Assembly (NCBI GenBank): GCA_965209085.1
Contig: OZ242376.1
Coordinates: forward strand, 1,312,001-1,376,000
DNA from: Nitrosopumilaceae archaeon
GTDB lineage: Archaea > Thermoproteota > Nitrososphaeria > Nitrososphaerales > Nitrosopumilaceae
Length of the DNA stretch: 64,000 bases
Direction of reading: 5' to 3'
In this document: positions 58,107 through 64,000 of the stretch, in pieces
How the letters are laid out: each line of letters begins with the position of its first letter
Position numbering within the stretch: position 1 is the first letter of the stretch
Notes under the pieces: generated by a model
Database searches by the model: none
The model's input: only the letters and a program-made list of their open reading frames with translations
What the model was told of the DNA's origin: nothing
Position numbers and translations under genes: made by a program

Positions 58107-59312
58107 TCATGAAAATCCGGCAGTTATCGGGTTTTCAGGCTTTATTATCTCCCGAAGGACTATTGTGGCATAAGAGCCCCTAGAGAGGGTAAATTCCACC
58201 AGTCCGTTTTTTGTGGTGCATTCAGAGCATGTCAGCATTGCACTCCTAAATCCCCCCTCGATGCCAGCCTCTTGCATATGGGGTATAAAAAAATCCTTTG
58301 CGGAGATTTCTTCCTGTTCCAATATCTGCTGTACATAATGGTCAAACCGGGTTTTTTTATAATAAGAATGACCCACCAATGGAAATGCAATTGCGCGTAT
58401 TTTTTCACCCGGTATTGCACGTCCTAGGATTCCATCAGCATCAAAACATACGTCTTTTTCCTGCGGCATCCTGAGATCCTCTCCGGCCTGTACTGCCATG
58501 GTTATGGTTTTGTTAAAGATGTATGATTGAAACGACTGGACAAAAAATTTGCGCATGCGGTATGGAAGCGCCCGGATTGCAGATTCAGTAGACCCTCCCT
58601 GCACAATTTCAGATATTGCCGTACGCTCCAAATCCATGTCTGTCGGAATTTTTTCAAGTATTTGTGAAAATTTTGAAAAATCCCCCAGCTGCTTGCGAAT
58701 GTTTGTACGTTCTGCTGTATCGTATTCGGACGTTACAGACAGCAAAGCCTGAAGTGCGCCATCATAATTTCCAGTCAGAATGTATTTTCCTATTTTGTGT
58801 GAAATTGGTCTTCCGGAACCGAATCTTTGGTATCCAAAATAATTTAATATATTCTCGTATTCGTCAAATTCTGACAGGTTTGCATCAGTGCCTGAAACTT
58901 TTATGGAAAATCTGTTTCCTATCATGTCTTTGGCCGTAAGTGGACGTTTGGAAAACCCAATATGTTTTATTGAAAACCTGCGTCCATCATATTTTAAAAT
59001 TCTTCCCGTCTTGAACATGGCGCATACGTACTGTGAGGTAACGGCACGCGAATCTTTGAGTCCTAGCGCCTTGAGTCGCACGCCGGTCTTCTTTTGAACC
59101 TCCGTTAATGCGTGGTTTGTATCTATTCCGTTTTTTTCAAGTTTGTATACGGCATATCCGGCATCTGCTGTAATTTTGGACAGAGTTTTTTCACCAAGTA
59201 CTTCGTGCACTACAAAATCTTCTCGTTTTTCTTTTATTGAACCGCCAGTACCTGGCGCTTTAGTGCTGTACAAACCCATGCCAACAAGCATGTCAAGTTT
59301 TGGAACGTTCAA
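58107..59312 (-). CDS. truD: tRNA pseudouridine(13) synthase TruD
   Basis: DFVVHE, GLKDSRAVTSQ, GNRF, NYFGYQRFG and GSYAT motifs. Confidence 0.95.
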   Translation of the reverse strand: MNVPKLDMLVGMGLYSTKAPGTGGSIKEKREDFVVHEVLGEKTLSKITADAGYAVYKLEKNGIDTNHALTEVQKKTGVRLKALGLKDSRAVTSQYVCAMFKTGRILKYDGRRFSIKHIGFSKRPLTAKDMIGNRFSIKVSGTDANLSEFDEYENILNYFGYQRFGSGRPISHKIGKYILTGNYDGALQALLSVTSEYDTAERTNIRKQLGDFSKFSQILEKIPTDMDLERTAISEIVQGGSTESAIRALPYRMRKFFVQSFQSYIFNKTITMAVQAGEDLRMPQEKDVCFDADGILGRAIPGEKIRAIAFPLVGHSYYKKTRFDHYVQQILEQEEISAKDFFIPHMQEAGIEGGFRSAMLTCSECTTKNGLVEFTLSRGSYATIVLREIIKPENPITAGFS

Positions 59313-59314
59313 TT

Positions 59315-60877
59315 TCAGGACCGTACTAGTATGTCCACATACGAGGATACTGCAACATCGCCAGTATCAGCTCCGATTATTACCTTGTATGTTCCATCAG
59401 GTACGGTATCATCCACAAAAATCCGAATATTGACAGTCTTGGTTTCTTTAACGGTAAATGCGTCTTTGTCATACTCTAGTACAATTCCATCTTTTGGGAC
59501 ATTGTGGGAAATTTTTACCCTCTCTGCAGTATCTCCAATTACAGATACGGTTACATCAATGCTGCCGGATTCTCCGCTGGTAATTTTTACCGTATCAGAG
59601 TCAAATTTTACGTCAATTGGGAGCTCTTTTGAGATATCCAAAACTCCAATGTTGTTCTCCACCCATTCAGTAAACCACACTTTTTGATCATGTACGTCAA
59701 ATCCAAAAATCTGTGCCAAACCGCAGTTGTGTGCAATTCCACAATCTGCCCAGTTGGGGTTTGCAGACGGTATTGCATATTCTACAAGTCGGGATTGGGC
59801 AGGGTTTAGAACGCCTATACGGTTTCCGGTCTGTTCGTTGAATATAATTAGATCACCGTACGTTTCAAGCCAGTATGGTCTAGATACTGGATCAAGTATG
59901 AGACCGGTTGCGTTCCCATATGATGATACAGGCGGAGGCAGAGTCACATATTCGATGAACGATTCAGATTGTTTGTCAAATTTGTACAAAGAGCTTGACG
60001 AGGTATCTGCAATCCAAATAAAACCATTAGAATCTACTGCCAGACCGTTTGGAGTTTGGGTTTTTTCTGGTAAATCTATGGCTTTGATGTATCCATCAAG
60101 TGATGAATTTTCACCAGTGTTTGCCTCATATCCGTCATGATCAAAACTAACAAGTACTCCCGGGCCTCCAAAAATCCAATTTGTATACCAGATGTATCCT
60201 CCGTCTAGTGCAAAATCAGATGTGAAAGATTTCGGAAGCGGTGATGGAATGCTCATAAATTGAGAAGATGCGCCACTCTGTGTAGTCTGTTCTATGAACG
60301 ATATTTGTGCCCCAGTAAAATCATTTATTATAATAGAAGAGCCGTCCACCTCGATCTTTTGTGGGAATGCATCAGTATCCGAATATGCTATGCGGCTGTA
60401 TTTTTTATCCAGTATTGAGAACCGCCATATGGTATCGTATGCATCATCAGTATACCACATGGAACCGTCAGGTGAATAATCCATTCCCCACATCATACTT
60501 CTTCCCGATTCAGGCCAGGCCTCGTTTTCAAATTCCGTAAACGTTTCAGTTGATGGCTCAAAGCTTGCAATGTTTCCAGTATTGGTCTGTGCAAACCATA
60601 CGGTTCCCTGCGGATCCACTTTTATGGCAAGGGGTTGGGTACATGCCGTAGGTATTTCATATTCTGTCACATAGCGTCCCGATTGCGGACCTTTGGTACT
60701 GCAAAACTGTTTCCTTTGTGCGTCAGGAAAGCTGTCAGCGGGAGTTCCGGTTATGGTATCTTCTACAGGTTGTAGTTCATTTGGGATTGATCCGGGTATT
60801 GCAATCAATACTCCAGATGATATCATGATTCCTCCCAAAAATACAAACATTATCAAACCCTTTGTACGCGTTTTCAC
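59315..60877 (-). CDS. Secreted Vgb-lyase-like beta-propeller protein with C-terminal Ig-like domain
   Basis: Signal/TM segment; repeated P..I..D..G.VWF/N.IG blades. Confidence 0.82.
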   Translation of the reverse strand: MKTRTKGLIMFVFLGGIMISSGVLIAIPGSIPNELQPVEDTITGTPADSFPDAQRKQFCSTKGPQSGRYVTEYEIPTACTQPLAIKVDPQGTVWFAQTNTGNIASFEPSTETFTEFENEAWPESGRSMMWGMDYSPDGSMWYTDDAYDTIWRFSILDKKYSRIAYSDTDAFPQKIEVDGSSIIINDFTGAQISFIEQTTQSGASSQFMSIPSPLPKSFTSDFALDGGYIWYTNWIFGGPGVLVSFDHDGYEANTGENSSLDGYIKAIDLPEKTQTPNGLAVDSNGFIWIADTSSSSLYKFDKQSESFIEYVTLPPPVSSYGNATGLILDPVSRPYWLETYGDLIIFNEQTGNRIGVLNPAQSRLVEYAIPSANPNWADCGIAHNCGLAQIFGFDVHDQKVWFTEWVENNIGVLDISKELPIDVKFDSDTVKITSGESGSIDVTVSVIGDTAERVKISHNVPKDGIVLEYDKDAFTVKETKTVNIRIFVDDTVPDGTYKVIIGADTGDVAVSSYVDILVRS

Positions 60878-60949
60878 GATTATGCTTGGACAAAGTCCTT
60901 GTTATATCTGATGTTTTTTTGAAAGATATCTGTGTGTATTTGACCGTAA

Positions 60950-61297
60950 TTAAAGAAGTTTCAGCTCGCCTGTGAGCCGGTCTATATGCTCTTCTGGTGC
61001 AGGTCCCAATGCCAGACATGTAACTGTTCCAGGCGCTATCTGGGTTCTGCCTGCATCCTCGATTATGCACCAGGGGATGGCAAGTGTAATGGCATCTTTT
61101 TTTATTTTGTCAAGCTCGACAGGTCCCGGCACTTTGAGCACAATTTTTGGCTGACCCACCTCTAGCCATTTGTGTACCCATTGTGAATTATTATTCATAG
61201 AGGCGGTAACGCTTGCATGTCCCACCTGTGCTGCGATCTTTCCCTTACCCATGCCAAGATCCGTACGCACTATTATGACCAGTTTTATGTTTCCCAT
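60950..61297 (-). CDS. pth2: Peptidyl-tRNA hydrolase Pth2
   Basis: RTDLGMGKGKIAAQVGHA and DAGRTQI motifs. Confidence 0.95.
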   Translation of the reverse strand: MGNIKLVIIVRTDLGMGKGKIAAQVGHASVTASMNNNSQWVHKWLEVGQPKIVLKVPGPVELDKIKKDAITLAIPWCIIEDAGRTQIAPGTVTCLALGPAPEEHIDRLTGELKLL

Positions 61298-61386
61298 ACA
61301 GTATGTTGTTGTGCAGTGCGGTTAAAGTGTTGACGGTGTTTTGAGAGTACCTAGTTAAATATTCCCAGTATACACGTACATACTGC

Positions 61387-62520
61387 ATGTACGATGTGGT
61401 TGTGGCAGGAGGCAGTATAGCAGGCTTGTGCTGTGCAAGAGAGGCCGCCCTTGGAGGGTGCTCAGTATTGGTAATAGAGGACGATGCCGAAGTTGGAACT
61501 CCGGATCATTGCGGGGGTATGGTAAGCGTTTCTGCACTGCAACGGCTGCAGATTGCGCCAAGAATTAAAATGTCAAGCCACAAAATTCGCACTGCAAAAA
61601 TATTTTCACCTGCGGGTCATTCTGTAAACATCAATGCTAAAACACAGAATGTTGTATCCATCGACAGACGCGAGCTTGACAAAGAGATTGCACGTCAGGC
61701 ACAAAAAGCGGGAGCTGTAATACGCGTCAAAACAAAATATGTAGAACGCACACAGGATGGCATACGTGCAGGTTCTGAGGAAATTGCGTGCAAAGAGTTT
61801 GTGGACGCAAGGGGAATAGGACCGCTTGCAAAGAGCAATCCGTCAGGAACCATACCCTGCTGCCAGTGTGAAGTGCATGCAGACTGGATAGAATCAGGAA
61901 CTGTCGAAGTGTACGTGGATGCTGTAAAATATCCGGGATTTTTTGCATGGGTCATACCTGCAGGTGATGGACACGGCAAAGTCGGCGTGGCGGGAATTAA
62001 GATGGATCCTCTTGCAGAGATGGGAAGATTTATGCAGAAAAAAGGAACCCATTCCATAATACGCCGCATAGTATCACCGGTCTGGATAGGCGGACCGATA
62101 AAGGAATTTACAGATAAAAAATCAGTCATAGTAGGCGATGCTGCAGGACAGGCAAAACCCACAACCGCAGGCGGCATATTCTCGTGCGGTATGGGAGGCA
62201 TTATTGCAGGAAGAATGCTTGCAAGACGCACTCTTGAGGGTTCAGGTATGAAATCGTATCAAAAAGATTGGAATGCGATGTTTGGTGGAGAGTTTTCAAG
62301 GCAAATTTTAGCAAGAAAAATTCTCAGTACGCTGGATAATCCGACACTTGAAAAGCTGTTAAAAGCTGTAACACCAGAGATGGCAAAATCAGTTTCCAAG
62401 AATGATGATTTTGATTTTCATGCAGCTGCCATTGTAAAACTTTTAGGCGTAAAGGGTACTGTTAAAGCGGCAAGTACAGTTCTTGGCGGCAAGGCACGTG
62501 AAATTTTAGACAAGGTATAA
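61387..62520 (+). CDS. Geranylgeranyl reductase family FAD oxidoreductase
   Basis: DVVVAGGSIAG, CGG, PGFFAWVIP and GDAAG..KPTTAGGI motifs. Confidence 0.88.
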   Translation: MYDVVVAGGSIAGLCCAREAALGGCSVLVIEDDAEVGTPDHCGGMVSVSALQRLQIAPRIKMSSHKIRTAKIFSPAGHSVNINAKTQNVVSIDRRELDKEIARQAQKAGAVIRVKTKYVERTQDGIRAGSEEIACKEFVDARGIGPLAKSNPSGTIPCCQCEVHADWIESGTVEVYVDAVKYPGFFAWVIPAGDGHGKVGVAGIKMDPLAEMGRFMQKKGTHSIIRRIVSPVWIGGPIKEFTDKKSVIVGDAAGQAKPTTAGGIFSCGMGGIIAGRMLARRTLEGSGMKSYQKDWNAMFGGEFSRQILARKILSTLDNPTLEKLLKAVTPEMAKSVSKNDDFDFHAAAIVKLLGVKGTVKAASTVLGGKAREILDKV

Positions 62521-62546
62521 ATTCAGTATTAGTCAATTTATAAAAG

Positions 62547-62723
62547 ATGTCAACGATAGTACTTCCCATTTGCGACTGTTGTGGCAGACACATAATGCCC
62601 AACGACAAGTGTGTAAAATTTGACTGTCCAAACTGCGGTCTAGTCGTGGTATGGAGATGTCAAAGCTGCAGAGTGGCAGCTAGAGCATATGTTTGCGAAT
62701 CATGTAAATTCGAGGGACCTTGA
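62547..62723 (+). CDS. Small zinc-finger protein (DUF1610/HVO_2753-like)
   Basis: Manual translation: 58 aa with four CxxC motifs ending in FEGP, directly upstream of EF-1beta as is usual in archaea. Confidence 0.88.
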   Translation: MSTIVLPICDCCGRHIMPNDKCVKFDCPNCGLVVVWRCQSCRVAARAYVCESCKFEGP

Positions 62724-63004
62724 TGGCACAGCTGCTCATTATCTCAAAGATTATGCCCACTGGAACTGAAACAGATCTTGATTCGGTAATGGAGGATGTA
62801 AAATCATCCCTTCATGATGGAATTACTCTAAAACGTTACGCAAAAGAACCTCTTGCATTTGGATTGTATTTTACAAAGGCAGAATTCATCGTTGAAGACA
62901 AAGAAGGACAGATGGATTCTCTTGAAAACACCGTAAAAGAGATCAAAGGTGTCGGAGGCTTTGAGGTGTTAAACATGAGCCGAATGTCCGTAGACATGAA
63001 ATAA
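62723..63004 (+). CDS. ef1b: Translation elongation factor 1-beta
   Basis: KIMP and EPLAFGL motifs. Confidence 0.92.
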   Translation: MAQLLIISKIMPTGTETDLDSVMEDVKSSLHDGITLKRYAKEPLAFGLYFTKAEFIVEDKEGQMDSLENTVKEIKGVGGFEVLNMSRMSVDMK

Positions 63005-63024
63005 CATGGTGCAGTGTATGTGTC

Positions 63025-64000
63025 ATGACCAATGAACCACTACAAATGAAAATCGGGGAAGCAAAACAGCGAGATGTTGGAAAAAAACGCGCACGAATAG
63101 GTCCCGAAGCCATGGATTATTTAAAAACCACACCGGGGGACATTGTAGAAATTTCCGGTTCAAGTAAGACGTCTGCTGTGGTATGGCCTGCAGACGAGGA
63201 TGAAAAACACATGGAGGTAATCAGGATAGATGGTCAGCTGCGAAAGAATCTTGGGGTATCTCTCAATGATACTGTCACCATAACAAAAGCTATCTCAAAA
63301 ACGGCAAATTCGGTAACACTAGTTCCAGTTACAGATGTAGTTACAGTGGATAAAGAATTTACAGATTTTGTAAAAAACCGTCTAAAGGGTTTGCCGCTTT
63401 CTCATGGGGATGAGATATCCGTGACGATACTTGGAAATTCCATGTCTTTTCAGATAGTAAAATGCACTCCAAAGGCAATAGTAAAGATAGATCATTCAAC
63501 CACGCTGCACATATTAGAAGATGCCGTGCAAAACGACAGACAGCGTGTCACGTATGAAGAAGTTGGAGGTCTGACCGACAAAATAAAGGCCATGAGGGAA
63601 ATCGTAGAAATTCCACTCCGTCACCCCGAATTGTTTGCAAGTCTTGGCGTTGATGCGCACAGCGGCATACTTTTGTACGGACCTCCAGGCTGCGGTAAGA
63701 CACTCATAGCAAAGGTACTTGCAAGCGAATCGGATGCAAATATGTACATGATAAACGGTCCTGAAATAATAAACAAGTATTACGGTGAAACAGAAGCCAA
63801 ACTGCGCGAGATATTCAAAGAGGCAAAGGATAATTCGCCTAGCATAATATTCATAGACGAGATGGATGCGATTGCACCAAAACGTGAAGAGGTATACGGT
63901 GATGTGGAAAAGAGGGTGGTGGCACAGCTTCTCGCACTCATGGACGGTTTAACTGACAGGGGCAACGTCATAGTTTTGGGAGCTACAAACAGACGAGACA
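63025..64000 (+). CDS. cdc48: CDC48/VCP family AAA+ ATPase (runs off the window end)
   Basis: Manual translation [26 protein letters not shown]...; [20 protein letters not shown] and GATNR motifs. Confidence 0.95.
   Translation, partial: MTNEPLQMKIGEAKQRDVGKKRARIGPEAMDYLKTTPGDIVEISGSSKTSAVVWPADEDEKHMEVIRIDGQLRKNLGVSLNDTVTITKAISKTANSVTLVPVTDVVTVDKEFTDFVKNRLKGLPLSHGDEISVTILGNSMSFQIVKCTPKAIVKIDHSTTLHILEDAVQNDRQRVTYEEVGGLTDKIKAMREIVEIPLRHPELFASLGVDAHSGILLYGPPGCGKTLIAKVLASESDANMYMINGPEIINKYYGETEAKLREIFKEAKDNSPSIIFIDEMDAIAPKREEVYGDVEKRVVAQLLALMDGLTDRGNVIVLGATNRRD

Overview
Archaeal chromosome segment that looks like a Nitrosopumilaceae (Thaumarchaeota/Nitrososphaerota) genome; this is inferred from CdvA, the exosome superoperon, the cof genes and the protein families. 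About 4.1-64 kb is mostly core genes: the SBDS-rrp4-rrp41-rrp42-rpl37ae-pcc1-pfdB-XPF superoperon, cofC/cofD/cofE, RNase P RNA, cdvA, thyX, msrB, hom, proteasome beta, argS, proS, a sulfur cluster (sulfite reductase, rhodaneses, thi4, trxB, cysteine synthase, tusA), egtB/egtD, truD, pth2, EF-1beta and a partial CDC48. The most novel region is the AT-rich first 4 kb. It holds a 3,040-bp cargo-carrying IS6-family element (905-3944) bounded by perfect 25-bp terminal inverted repeats. Inside are a SWIM/Zn-ribbon-fused DDE transposase, two micro-regulators missed by the ORF track (AbrB-like and ribbon-helix-helix), each beside its own repeated operator-like sites, three related small coiled-coil genes (two sharing a duplicated promoter module) and a membrane protein. 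A decayed sister element with a different cargo lies tail-to-tail with it at 1-781. An IS630 element sits in the CTAG at codon 5 of an ABC ATPase gene, and its right end supplies a possible in-frame replacement start. All calls come from reading the sequence by eye; no database searches were run.
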